64,000 nucleotides of DNA from Acidobacteriota bacterium. Lineage in GTDB: Bacteria; Acidobacteriota; Vicinamibacteria; Vicinamibacterales; SCN-69-37. Below the pieces are notes generated by a model, which saw only the letters and a program-made list of their open reading frames with translations, ran no database searches and was not told the DNA's origin. The translations under genes were made by a program, and so were the position numbers. This document shows positions 45,321 to 54,755 of the stretch, one piece after another. The DNA is taken from assembly GCA_039933635.1 (NCBI GenBank), contig JBDTNQ010000001.1:27967-91966 (forward strand), given 5' to 3'. Each line of letters opens with the position of its first letter. Positions within the stretch are counted from its first letter, which is position 1.

Positions 45321-46841
45321 GTGGCTCGCCAGCGATTCGACGCTGTCGTCGTTGGAACCGGTCTCGTCGGAGGATGGACGGCGCTGCGCCTCACACAGGC
45401 GGGAATGCACGTGCTGGTTCTCGAAGCCGGACCGGCACTGGCGGCGCGGCCGGAGCCCCTCCCTGATCATGCCCAAAATCGGCAGCCGATTCAGTCCCGG
45501 CACGGTGACTGGGGACGGCATCCCCATTGGTATGTCGACGACGTCAGCCACCCGTATCGATCCGAGTCCACGCCACCGTTCCTGTGGATTCGCGGACGTC
45601 AACCTGGCGGCCGCAGCCTGATGTGGGGCGGGACTGCTCTCCGATTCTCGGACTGCGAGTTTAGCGATCCTGAACGCGATGGCGTCGGATTCGCATGGCC
45701 TCTCACGCACGCGGATCTCTCGTCGCACTACGGCGTCGTGGAACGCACGTTGGGTGTCTGCGGGTCGGCCGCAGGACTCCTACAACTGCCAGACGGCGCC
45801 TTCGTCGGCCCCAGCCATCAGACCGACGCCGAACGGCGGTTGATCCAAATGTCGTCCGAGCGCGCCCTCGGCCTGCGCGTACTGCCGGCCCGCGGCATCC
45901 CGGCAGACGCAGCCTCCGCCGTGCCAGCGCGATCCTCGATGGCGCGTCTCATCCCCGCGGCACTCGCGACCGGCCGGCTGACGATGAAGACCGGCGCGAT
46001 CGTCGCGCGAATAGTGGCAGACGATATCCCGCAGGGTGTCCGCGGCGTCGAATATGTCGATCGTGACAGTGGTGCCAGCGACCTCGCTCTCGGTGCGCGC
46101 GTCTTCCTGTGTGCGTCGACCATCGAAAGCGTAAGGATTCTCTTGAACTCGAGATCGCCAGTCTTCCCCGATGGCTTGGGCAACAGCGCCGGTCTTCTCG
46201 GTTCTAACCTGACCGAGCACTGGGCGATCAGATGTTCAGGCCGTCTGCCGGACGGATGGCCCCGTACAGGGCATGCTGAGCCCCCCGGAGGTGCGGCGGG
46301 CGTCTGCATTCCAAGGTTCGTGAACCTCGGCGACCACTGGTGCGACTTTCATCGCGGCTACGGCGTCATCGGCTATGCGGGCCGGCGGCTCGGGACCGAC
46401 CCGTCCGAGCCGTTAACCTGGGCATTCACAGCGATCATGGAAGTGGCTTATCAGGCGGGCAACCGGATTAGTCTGGCCGACGGCCTCGTCGACGACTGGG
46501 GCATCGGCACGGTGGCGATTGCGTTGAGCCGCGGCGAGAACGACAGGCGGATGGTGGCGCACGCGCAGACATCACTCGAGAAGTTGGCGTCGGCGCTGGA
46601 CCTGCCGATCGAGCACTGGTCCCGATCGCAGCCAGGCCAGTTCGTCCACGAGTTGGGCGGCGCGCACATGGGACGTTCGCCGGCGACGTCCGTGCTCGAT
46701 ACGGAGAACCGCTGCTGGGACGCGCCGAACGTGTGGGTTCTGGACGGTGCGTGTTTCCCGACGGCCGGGTGGCAGAATCCAACATTGACGATGCTCGCAC
46801 TGGCCGAGCGTGCGCTCAGCCGCGTCGTCCGATCCGAGTGA
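45321..46841 (+). CDS. GMC-family FAD-dependent oxidoreductase
   Basis: FDAVVVGTGLVGGWTALRLTQAGMHVLVLEAGP and a C-terminal GMC signature (HELGGAHMG...NVWVLDGACFPT). Confidence 0.8.
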   Translation: MARQRFDAVVVGTGLVGGWTALRLTQAGMHVLVLEAGPALAARPEPLPDHAQNRQPIQSRHGDWGRHPHWYVDDVSHPYRSESTPPFLWIRGRQPGGRSLMWGGTALRFSDCEFSDPERDGVGFAWPLTHADLSSHYGVVERTLGVCGSAAGLLQLPDGAFVGPSHQTDAERRLIQMSSERALGLRVLPARGIPADAASAVPARSSMARLIPAALATGRLTMKTGAIVARIVADDIPQGVRGVEYVDRDSGASDLALGARVFLCASTIESVRILLNSRSPVFPDGLGNSAGLLGSNLTEHWAIRCSGRLPDGWPRTGHAEPPGGAAGVCIPRFVNLGDHWCDFHRGYGVIGYAGRRLGTDPSEPLTWAFTAIMEVAYQAGNRISLADGLVDDWGIGTVAIALSRGENDRRMVAHAQTSLEKLASALDLPIEHWSRSQPGQFVHELGGAHMGRSPATSVLDTENRCWDAPNVWVLDGACFPTAGWQNPTLTMLALAERALSRVVRSE

Positions 46842-46847
46842 ACTCCG

Positions 46848-49472
46848 TCAGAACCCGACGGTGAGTCCGAAATCGACCCGTCGTGGGTTCATCACGAACG
46901 TCGGGTGTTGGAAATACGGCGACTGCATGTTGCCGCTGTAACCGCCGAAGTTCATGTGGTTGGTGATGTTGGTTGCGTTCAACGTCAGACCCAGCCGGTA
47001 TCGTCGGGCCCCGGGGTCTGGGGACGCACCGACGGGTGTGCCGCCGCCCGAAACGAGTGTGTAGGCCAGGCGCAGATTCGCGGAGGCTTGTCCTGATGTG
47101 CGGAGCGAACGCAGCGCGACGCCCTTGGGTCGGTCGTTGATGATCCCATCCATGTTGTCATCGACGCCTGTGGTCAGCGTGTACGGCGAACCCGCGTTGG
47201 CTGTCCAGGAGACGTTCACGTTTAGGTTACGAAGTTGCGTCGACGTCAGCGACAGGGCGACGCGGTAGGGCGAATCGGCGGGCTGAGGGCCCCACTCCGC
47301 GCCGAGGTCGCCCGTCGGTGGCACGAAGAACGGGCCGTCGCTGTTCTGGCGCCCATGCACGAGTCCGTACGTGGCGGTGAGCGACAGTCGTCTCCAGTTG
47401 AACGGGGACTGGCTGTTGGCGGCGCCTGAACCAAGAAGACTCATGGTGAGACCGGCGGTCAAGTCGTGCCGCCGTAGCGCGGCGTCGGTTACGGCGACCA
47501 GCACGTTCGCAAACTCCGGATCCGGTCGGATCCCATCGATTGGCGCGTTCAGATTCTCGGCACGCCACAACTGGAACTGATGCCAGTAGGCGTAGAGTAC
47601 GTTCGCCCGCAGGTGAGGTAAGAATCTATGATCGATCCCTGCGCTGTAGCGAAGATTGCGCTGAAGCCGGAAATCTCCAAGAAGATACTGGCTCGACGGC
47701 AGCGAATTGACCGGTCCCAGATTCGGAAAGGTAGGATTGACGATGACGACCTGCCGCTGATGACGGCCGTCATAGCGCAGCGTCTGTTCGTAGAGGCGGC
47801 CCATTTCCATCGGCCAATAGAACAGCCCGGCGCTCACGCGAAGGGTCGTCGCGCCGCTCTTGAAGGGTGACCACGTGAGCCCGATTCGTGGGGCGACTCC
47901 TGACTTGTCTTTGACGTGCGTCTGCACCAAGTACCGGACGCCCGGACTTACGGTCAGCGCTTTGCTCACCCGCAGGTCGTCCTGCAGATAGACGGCGGTC
48001 TGGACGTTCAGATACTTGAGGGTCGGATCCCCCACGGATTGGGTGAACAGCAACGGCGTCCCCTTGCTGAACGCCTCCTCGTTGGCGAAGGTGTAGGTCC
48101 CCAGATAGTTGGCGTTGGCGTCCGAGTCGAACCAGCTCCCGTCCACCTGGACGCCCGCGCGCCAGGAGTGGATGCCGCGAATGTAGTCCACGTCGGATGC
48201 GAAGCCCAGGGAACGCTGGGTCGTACCGCCGGTCACTTGCGCGCCGCCCGTCGTGCGGCTGTCCTGGATCACAATCGTCGGCGCCTCGAGCGCGGACCGT
48301 GAGGTCTGATCGATTGACGTAAGCTGTAGCCGCGTGTTTTGAAACGTGCGGCGGCCAACCGGTCCGGCCTCCTGGAGGCGAATCTGATACACGGTGAAAT
48401 CGGACGTCGACGAGCGCTCAGGGCTGTCGTAGGCGCCGACCCCCTGGTTGCGCAACCTCTGGCGGGCGCCCGTCAGCCCGATCCGAACAGTCTGGTCTCG
48501 GGTCAAAGCATAGTTGACCAGTCCATTCGCCTGCCACACCGACAGGCCCTGTCTGACGGGCAGAATTCTGGCGGGCGATCCAGGCTGATTAAGGATCGGA
48601 CTGGAGTACTGATCCTGACCGTACAAGGCCACCGAGAAGTCGCTCCTGTTTGGGATCAGCGTGCCGCCAATCGTGCCGCTGAGGTTTCGGCTCTGATCCG
48701 GTTGCTTGACGCTGACGAACGGCCGGCTGATGCCCTGGAGCATGGTGCCGCGGTAGCCCGCGTTGACGACGCCGGACCACCCGCCGGTGCCTGGCTGCGT
48801 AATGACGTCCACGAACGTCGACCCAGGCACCGCAGCTTCCGCGGCGAACTGGTCGCGTGTCACGTGCACCGACTTGATTTGCGACTTGGCCGGCAGTTCT
48901 CCGCCTTCGAAGCTGTCGATCCGAATCGTGGCATCGGGCCCCGCCAGGTCCAGCAACTGCTTCCGCAGTTCGGCAGGATCGTCCGACAGCGTCTGAATCT
49001 CCTCGTCGGACATCGCATGGCCGAACGACGAGGCGGTCCGGCTCGCCGCGAGGTCCTGGCCCCCGCCAACGGTCACGTTTTCAACGACGGTCTTAAGGGC
49101 AAGCATCAGGACGTGACGGTTGTCTCCCCGGCGGAGCGTGACGTCCCGGAGCAGTCCCGAGTCAAATCCCGGAAACGCGGCTTGAAGAGAGTAGCGCCCG
49201 AGCGTCATCCCGTCGATCGTAGCCACGCCTTTCTCGTCCGAGACTACGGGCGCGACGGTGGTCCTTCGTGTCGTGTCGTCTATGCCGACAACGGTCACCG
49301 TCGCGCCAGCGACGGCGACGCGCGTCGGATCGACGACCGTGATCTGGAGGCGCGCACTCTCCAGGGTCTGGGCCGAGACCGATGGCGCCGACACAAGGAC
49401 TAGGACAACCCAGAGCCGCACGCCGGGGCGAACGTAGGTGCAGGTTACCAAGAGACGGGCGAGACTCCACAT
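46848..49472 (-). CDS. TonB-dependent-receptor-like outer-membrane beta-barrel with CarboxypepD_reg N-terminus
   Basis: ATG at 49472 gives a signal peptide ...VSAQT. ITVVDPTRVAVAGATVTV...GVATIDG domain, long beta-barrel, C-terminal ...DFGLTVGF. Confidence 0.75.
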   Translation of the reverse strand: MWSLARLLVTCTYVRPGVRLWVVLVLVSAPSVSAQTLESARLQITVVDPTRVAVAGATVTVVGIDDTTRRTTVAPVVSDEKGVATIDGMTLGRYSLQAAFPGFDSGLLRDVTLRRGDNRHVLMLALKTVVENVTVGGGQDLAASRTASSFGHAMSDEEIQTLSDDPAELRKQLLDLAGPDATIRIDSFEGGELPAKSQIKSVHVTRDQFAAEAAVPGSTFVDVITQPGTGGWSGVVNAGYRGTMLQGISRPFVSVKQPDQSRNLSGTIGGTLIPNRSDFSVALYGQDQYSSPILNQPGSPARILPVRQGLSVWQANGLVNYALTRDQTVRIGLTGARQRLRNQGVGAYDSPERSSTSDFTVYQIRLQEAGPVGRRTFQNTRLQLTSIDQTSRSALEAPTIVIQDSRTTGGAQVTGGTTQRSLGFASDVDYIRGIHSWRAGVQVDGSWFDSDANANYLGTYTFANEEAFSKGTPLLFTQSVGDPTLKYLNVQTAVYLQDDLRVSKALTVSPGVRYLVQTHVKDKSGVAPRIGLTWSPFKSGATTLRVSAGLFYWPMEMGRLYEQTLRYDGRHQRQVVIVNPTFPNLGPVNSLPSSQYLLGDFRLQRNLRYSAGIDHRFLPHLRANVLYAYWHQFQLWRAENLNAPIDGIRPDPEFANVLVAVTDAALRRHDLTAGLTMSLLGSGAANSQSPFNWRRLSLTATYGLVHGRQNSDGPFFVPPTGDLGAEWGPQPADSPYRVALSLTSTQLRNLNVNVSWTANAGSPYTLTTGVDDNMDGIINDRPKGVALRSLRTSGQASANLRLAYTLVSGGGTPVGASPDPGARRYRLGLTLNATNITNHMNFGGYSGNMQSPYFQHPTFVMNPRRVDFGLTVGF

Positions 49473-49744
49473 AGACGATGTAATCTCTTCCCTCGACGAG
49501 AACAACTGACGTACTGCGTTGAAGCTGGCAGTATCGGCGTCGTAAATCACACTGTCAAGGTGTCACTTGCGTTTCACGGCGTCTTCTGTGCCCGAAGCGA
49601 ACAAAGAGTCCTACTATGCGCGCAAGAGTCTCTTGCCTGGCCGCCCTATTAGGACGTTGTCAGATCCGCAGGGTAACTTGCAGGCGTTCTTGGATGCGCT
49701 CGAAATAGGGCGGTTGTCAAGCAAACGGGATCGCCGCGAAGCGT

Positions 49745-50506
49745 TCATTGGCGATCGTGCGAATGCCTGGGACTGGTCTGGACCGCGTCGCGGTCCCGTT
49801 GAAGGCAGGCGCAGGCGATGGCGGTGAGAACGACAGGAGGCAGCCGGGCTGGGGTATGAGCGCCCTTCAGCGTAGTCGAGGCCGAGTTTGGTTCTGAGTT
49901 CTTGATACTGCTGCTCGATGGCCCAGCGTTTGTGCGCACCTCGGACCAATGGCTTCACCAACGCCGTCACCGGCAAGTTGACGAAGAGGTCATTCATGCC
50001 GGATTTGCCCGAATTTCGTTCGCACACGAGGCAGACCTTGGCGCTAGGCTAGGTGTCGCGACTAATCCCGCAGTATTGACCTCCCTGTCCTTCGGGCTGG
50101 CGCTCCCACCACAGCGCCCGCCAGGCGTGTGTGTTGGTGACATTTCTCAGCGTTCCCCGGCGAAGCGCCGAGCGCGTCGACCACGGCCCTGCGCGCGAGG
50201 CTCAGGGCGACCGTTGCCCCGACGCAGTCCGCATCAATATGCCTTCATCCCTGGGCGCGCCGACGGCACGTGATCGATAGGGTATTGACCGGCGGCACGG
50301 TGATGCTGCGCGCTCATCGGAGTGCTCTTGCGCGTCAGGCCAGACACTCGCAGTCTCCCGTCAATCCGGGTGTCAGTGAGTTGATTCGCGCCGCGGTCTG
50401 CCGTGTCGGCAATGAAACGCACGTAGAACACGAGCGCGGCGCGATGCGGTTCCAACGGCCGGCAGATGTGAACGCACGATCCGGACGCGATTCGTGTGAG
50501 CTTCAT
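49745..50506 (-). pseudogene. Decayed DDE transposase (IS701/IS4-like) fragments
   Basis: KRWAIEQQYQELRTKLGLDYAEGRSY lies in one frame (about 49854..49994). A ...VVLTAIACA.L-like continuation lies in another frame. Possible N-terminal remnants (FIADTADRG) lie further upstream. No intact ORF. Confidence 0.45.
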
Positions 50507-50630
50507 TAAGACGTATCGGATGTCTCGCGTGCTCGGTCGACGATCTCGGACGGGGCGTCCACCGTGCGGCGCTCGTGGCGCTTCACGTGCCGCCAGCGTG
50601 TCACAACGTCACTGGACGCAGCGCAGGCCA

Positions 50631-50713
50631 GGGGGGAGCGACCCCGAAGGGCCGGCCCGACGCCGACAGGCGTTGGGTCAAGGCCCTGACCCAACGGAGG
50701 GGTCGCTCCCCCC
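50631..50713. repeat. Nested inverted repeat: perfect 15-bp arms with an inner 9-bp hairpin
   Basis: ggggggagcgacccc (50631..50645) pairs with ggggtcgctcccccc (50699..50713). The inner pair is gttgggtca/tgacccaac (50672..50695). CACTGGAC occurs at 50610 and 50718. Confidence 0.6.
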
Positions 50714-51001
50714 TCGCCACTGGACAGGGCATGGACTGGCAGTGGACAGGATCGATTCAGATCGCACGTCGAAGACATTGGCGCATCGGCTCTAATTACG
50801 GTGCGCACTGGAGTTCTGGTCCTCTGTCGTTTGGCAGCCAGCACGAGTGGCGGGGCCGCACCCCGGGCCGCACCCGGGGCCGAGGGGCGGGCCAGCAGTC
50901 CCCCGCGCCACTGGCCCCACTAACCAGCCTCCTGCGGTCCCTTCAAACGCTGGTTCCTGTCTGGTGGCGGGTCGCGCGCCGATCGGTGAGCAGTCGACAG
51001 C

Positions 51002-52180
51002 CTATCGCGCCCCGACGAACGGGAGCACCTTCCCTCGTTCGTCATCGCTCAACGTCGCGAGCAATCGCACACTCCACCATTCCAGTGCCGAGCGCTTCTC
51101 GGGGTCGTAGGAGTGCCGGTCGTACACGGCCGTCACACTCCGTTCGACATGGTTCAGGATCTTCGCAATCGTCAGGCGAGGAATGCCGCCGCTGGCCATA
51201 TACGAGGCGGCGGTGCGTCGGAGATCGTGCCCGCGGAAGTCATCAACCTTGAACAACGCACACGCCTCGGCCTGCTGCCGTTTACCGCGCGCGCCGGCCA
51301 GGACGAAGGTCTCGGCGGCATCCGCCTCCGCAAGCATCGCAGCAAGAAGCGACACCGCCGGTCCCGACAGCGGGACGCGATGCGCCAGCTTGTTCTTGGT
51401 GCCTGAAGATGGAATCGTCCACCAACCGTGCACCAAATCGACATCACGCCAGCACATCGAGGCCACCTCGCCGCCACGTTGGGCAGTCAGCAACCTTAGT
51501 TTGTAGAACGCCGCCATCGCGGCCGGCATGGCCTCGAACGTGACCCACACCGCTCGGATCTCCTCTTCCGTGAGAACACGATCGCGGGCCTTCTCCACGC
51601 CAGGCCGTGCGATCCGGACCGCCGGACTGAACTGGACAAGGTCGCGGTCTAGGGCGAACGAGAATAGCTTCGAGAGGAGCGCGGCGACGCGATTGGCGAC
51701 GATGGGCGCACCGGCCTCGGCCACGGCCTCGACCAGCTGCCGCACGTCCTGCCTCGTGATATCGATGATGGCGCGACGGCGCCATCTGGGCAGAATCTTC
51801 CTGCGGAGCAGGTTGTCGTCAGCCTTCCACGAGCGCTTGCGCGGCTTAGCCCACTTCTCGAGATAGAGCGTCGCCAGGTCCTCGATGGTCTCGGCCCGTC
51901 GGCCAGCTTGCTTCTCCGCGGCCGGGTCCGAGCCTTTGCTGGCATCGTGCAACAGGTCGCGTGCCCTCTCCCGGGCACTTGCCAGAGTGATGACGCGTTC
52001 GCTGCCCAGGGTCATCCTGCGGAGACGACCACGGTGTCGATACAGGACGCTCCAGCTCTTCGCACCGGTCGGCGTCACGCGCAGGGCAAGGCCGGTGACG
52101 TCCTCGTCGAAATACTCTGTGCGAGTGGCTGTGGGCTTGACGCTCTGCACGAAGCGGGCGGTCAACATCAGCGTAGGCAT
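51002..52180 (-). CDS. int: Tyrosine-type site-specific integrase, P4-like, with N-terminal DUF4102-type arm-binding domain
   Basis: LTARFVQSVKPTATRTEYFDEDVTGLALRVTPTGAKSW..., catalytic region ...HDLRRTAAS...LNHV....Y. Lies 187 nt from attR. Confidence 0.9.
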   Translation of the reverse strand: MPTLMLTARFVQSVKPTATRTEYFDEDVTGLALRVTPTGAKSWSVLYRHRGRLRRMTLGSERVITLASARERARDLLHDASKGSDPAAEKQAGRRAETIEDLATLYLEKWAKPRKRSWKADDNLLRRKILPRWRRRAIIDITRQDVRQLVEAVAEAGAPIVANRVAALLSKLFSFALDRDLVQFSPAVRIARPGVEKARDRVLTEEEIRAVWVTFEAMPAAMAAFYKLRLLTAQRGGEVASMCWRDVDLVHGWWTIPSSGTKNKLAHRVPLSGPAVSLLAAMLAEADAAETFVLAGARGKRQQAEACALFKVDDFRGHDLRRTAASYMASGGIPRLTIAKILNHVERSVTAVYDRHSYDPEKRSALEWWSVRLLATLSDDERGKVLPFVGAR

Positions 52181-52366
52181 TTCTCACCTCGCTCCATGTC
52201 GTAGTACTTGTCGTAGTGTCCGCTCGGGGTAACACGGGGGTATCACTACGACGACGCTTGGAGAAAAACGATGCTACGCCAAGACACCAGCTAAATTCCA
52301 GGCACAATTGACCTTATGCGCATCAACCGATGTCATCGCGTTTCAGACGTTTTCGGCCTAGGACGC

Positions 52367-52422
52367 ACTGAAAATCGTAGTGTCGCCAGTTCGATTCTGG
52401 CCCTCGGCACCACTCACTAAAC
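52367..52422 (+). repeat. attR: 56-bp copy of the tRNA-Phe 3' portion
   Basis: Identical to 34684..34739. It lacks the 5' half of the tRNA, so it is not a functional tRNA. Confidence 0.9.
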
Positions 52423-52516
52423 CTTCTCCCGTCAACGAGTTTCACTCCCTCGGCCCCCCGCGGTATGTCGTGTCCTCCGACATGCCTTGTCGCGCTATAT
52501 TGCCTCAGGACAAACC

Positions 52517-52738
52517 ATGACGAACGATGACGCCAGGATTGCGATGGATTTCACCGCGGCGGAACTGCGACGTCTTCATCAGGCGCTCGAGGCGGCGCGG
52601 GATGTTGCGGCCAGTGACGTAGGCGAAGAGCACTCCGCCCAACACCCCTCGTCAGTCGTGGCCTACGAGAGCCTGAAGAACCGATTGGAAGAAGTACTGC
52701 AAGGACTCCCCGGCGGCATCTACGGGGAACACGACTGA
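52517..52738 (+). CDS. Hypothetical small protein
   Basis: ORF only. TATATT lies 15 nt upstream of the ATG. No family recognised. Confidence 0.3.
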   Translation: MTNDDARIAMDFTAAELRRLHQALEAARDVAASDVGEEHSAQHPSSVVAYESLKNRLEEVLQGLPGGIYGEHD

Positions 52739-52754
52739 CCCGGCGCCACAGCCC

Positions 52755-53177
52755 TTATGCGCGCCGGACGAACATGGCCTGCGCGGCGTCCGCGTTAATG
52801 TGATGCTGCATGGTGACCGCGATGCGAGAAGCCCGATCCTTGGCGTCTTCGGCGGTCGGACCAGCAAAGAACGCGTCGACCGTCAGGCGAAACACCGCCA
52901 GCCAACGTTCGAACTCGTCGCCCGTCAACGACACACGCTGCGCGAGCGCGCGGTGCACGGCCATGGGGTTGCCCTTGAAGCCGGCGGTGCCGAACAGGAT
53001 GGATTCCCAGAATGCGTACATCTTCGGCAGGTGCGCGGCCCAGTCCACCTGCGCCACGTCATTGAAGATCGGCCCGATCACGTCGTCGTGGCGCACGCGC
53101 TCGTAAAACCCATCGACAAGCCTGATGATGTCGGCTCGGGAACTGATGTCTTTGGCTTCGGAGGGCATTGGCGTCAC
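52755..53177 (-). CDS. Group III truncated hemoglobin-like protein
   Basis: LVDGFYERVRHDDVIGPIFNDV...W..HLPKMYAFWESILFG matches the trHb group III pattern (Ctb-like). Confidence 0.75.
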   Translation of the reverse strand: MTPMPSEAKDISSRADIIRLVDGFYERVRHDDVIGPIFNDVAQVDWAAHLPKMYAFWESILFGTAGFKGNPMAVHRALAQRVSLTGDEFERWLAVFRLTVDAFFAGPTAEDAKDRASRIAVTMQHHINADAAQAMFVRRA

Positions 53178-53249
53178 AGACGACGGCCTGCCGGGTCGGC
53201 AGGTTCGAAGTACTCACGTCCAACTTCAACGTTCTGACGTCGACGCTCC

Positions 53250-54755
53250 CTAGATCGGCGCCGTCAGCTCGGGCATCGGCCGCGCGGTGAAGAGACGCCG
53301 GCAGGGATTGGCAATCCACCGCGCCCACTGCGCCGAGCGCCCGACGCGCGCACTATCCGTCGCAATCCCGGTGTTGGCGTACATCTGTCGATAGAGCTTG
53401 GAGATCAGCACGAACGCCAACCGCGACTTGAGGGACTGCACGCACTGCGAACGATTCCAGATGCTCCCCAGGCTGTAGAACTGATCCCAGGCCCGCTGCG
53501 TTCCGCGGCGGATGTCGTCGGCCGACATCGTCGGATGCGGCGTGTAGACCTTGGGCCGCTGCCCCTGCGGAATCAGCCAGTGCCGGGTCAGCGGCACGCC
53601 CGCGATGCGCGTGGGATCGTCGGCCATCGATTTTTCCCACACGGCGAAGTCGTTGGTGCCCGGAAACGGCGTGAGCATCACGAACTGGGCGAAGGTCACA
53701 CCCGCCTGTTTCGCCACGGCCACCGTCGCGTCGAACGTCAAGTCGTGATCGCTCGGCAGACCGAAGATGAATGACCCCAGCACGTGCACGCCGTGCTCCT
53801 TGAACCCACGCAGGCGCTCGACGAGCTGCTCCCCCGCGACGTTGAACCCCTTGTGCACGTCCTTGAGCCCCTCGGCGGACACCGACTCGATGCCTACGAG
53901 CGCGCCCTTGATGCGCGCCTTGCGCATCGCCTCGAGGAACTCGGGATCCTCGGCTGATTCCATCGTGATTTGCGTGAAGAAGACCATGTCCGACGGCAGC
54001 GCCGCCAGCCGTCGCATCAGATCGAAGCGATCGGCGCGGATGGTGCTGAGCGTATTGAACGAAGTTTGATCGACCTTCCGAGCCGCCATCTTCAGATCGG
54101 TGAGGGTGACGGGATAGAAGTTGTCGTCCGCGAGCGCAATGAAGCGGAAGCCCTTGCGTCGCAACGCGACGATTTCCCCAATCACGCGATCGTTCGGACG
54201 TTGACGTGGGCGCTGACCATCGGTCTTCCAGACCGAACAGAACGAGCAGTGCTTCGGACACCCGCGGACCGTCTGCACCGACGCCCACATGTACCGGTTT
54301 TCCGGCATCAGATCCCACCGCGCCGGGAGCAGGTCCTCAGGTTCGACGCGTCCGCCTTCGTACACTCGCTGGAGTCGCCCCGCAGCGGCGTCGTCGAGCG
54401 CCTGGGCCCAGGCCAGATCTCCGTCCCCTTTGACCACCGCGTGCGCGCCGCCGATCTCGTGGACTTCCTCGGGATACAGCGTGGCGTGGATGCCGCCGTA
54501 GATCACGGTCGCGCCGGCATTGCGCGCCAGCCGCCCGATCTCGTACCCACGTAACGCGTTCCCGGTGTGAATACCGATGCCGACGATGTCGCCCGGGACG
54601 ATGACGGTCGGGTCCAGCGGTTCGAGCGTCTCGTCGGTGATGACTGGGTCGCCGAAGTGGCGCGGCGTGGCTTCCGCCAGCACGTACAGCCAGCGAGGGG
54701 TAATGACGCCAATGCCAAATGACACGTGGCTGGGATTGATCAGATGAATGCTCAC
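53250..54755 (-). CDS. B12-binding-domain radical SAM protein (class B)
   Basis: N-terminal B12-binding Rossmann-like domain (DIVGIGIHTGNALRGYEI). Radical SAM cluster motif VRGCPKHCSFCSVW. GTG start overlaps the Rrf2 TGA. Confidence 0.85.
   Translation of the reverse strand: MSIHLINPSHVSFGIGVITPRWLYVLAEATPRHFGDPVITDETLEPLDPTVIVPGDIVGIGIHTGNALRGYEIGRLARNAGATVIYGGIHATLYPEEVHEIGGAHAVVKGDGDLAWAQALDDAAAGRLQRVYEGGRVEPEDLLPARWDLMPENRYMWASVQTVRGCPKHCSFCSVWKTDGQRPRQRPNDRVIGEIVALRRKGFRFIALADDNFYPVTLTDLKMAARKVDQTSFNTLSTIRADRFDLMRRLAALPSDMVFFTQITMESAEDPEFLEAMRKARIKGALVGIESVSAEGLKDVHKGFNVAGEQLVERLRGFKEHGVHVLGSFIFGLPSDHDLTFDATVAVAKQAGVTFAQFVMLTPFPGTNDFAVWEKSMADDPTRIAGVPLTRHWLIPQGQRPKVYTPHPTMSADDIRRGTQRAWDQFYSLGSIWNRSQCVQSLKSRLAFVLISKLYRQMYANTGIATDSARVGRSAQWARWIANPCRRLFTARPMPELTAPI

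Larger units (their letters stand above)
34684..52422. mobile_element. About 17.7 kb integrated genomic island at tRNA-Phe (attL..attR)
   Basis: A perfect 56-bp direct repeat of the tRNA-Phe 3' half plus 10 nt bounds the segment. Inside are a P4-like tyrosine integrase and decayed transposase fragments. Confidence 0.75.

Noticed and set aside
49614-50027. 137-aa ORF as an intact transposase gene
   Set aside because: Only about 45 residues (KRWAIEQQYQELRTKLGLDYAEGRSY region) look transposase-like. The rest is out of frame with the expected continuation. It is treated as part of a pseudogene.
50575-51252. 225-aa plus-strand ORF overlapping the integrase 3' end
   Set aside because: It is Arg/Ser/Gly-rich, overlaps the well-supported integrase on the opposite strand, and spans the hairpin-rich non-coding stretch.
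52367-52422. Second tRNA-Phe gene
   Set aside because: Only the anticodon-loop-to-3'-end portion is present, with no acceptor 5' strand or D-arm. It is the att repeat, not a gene.
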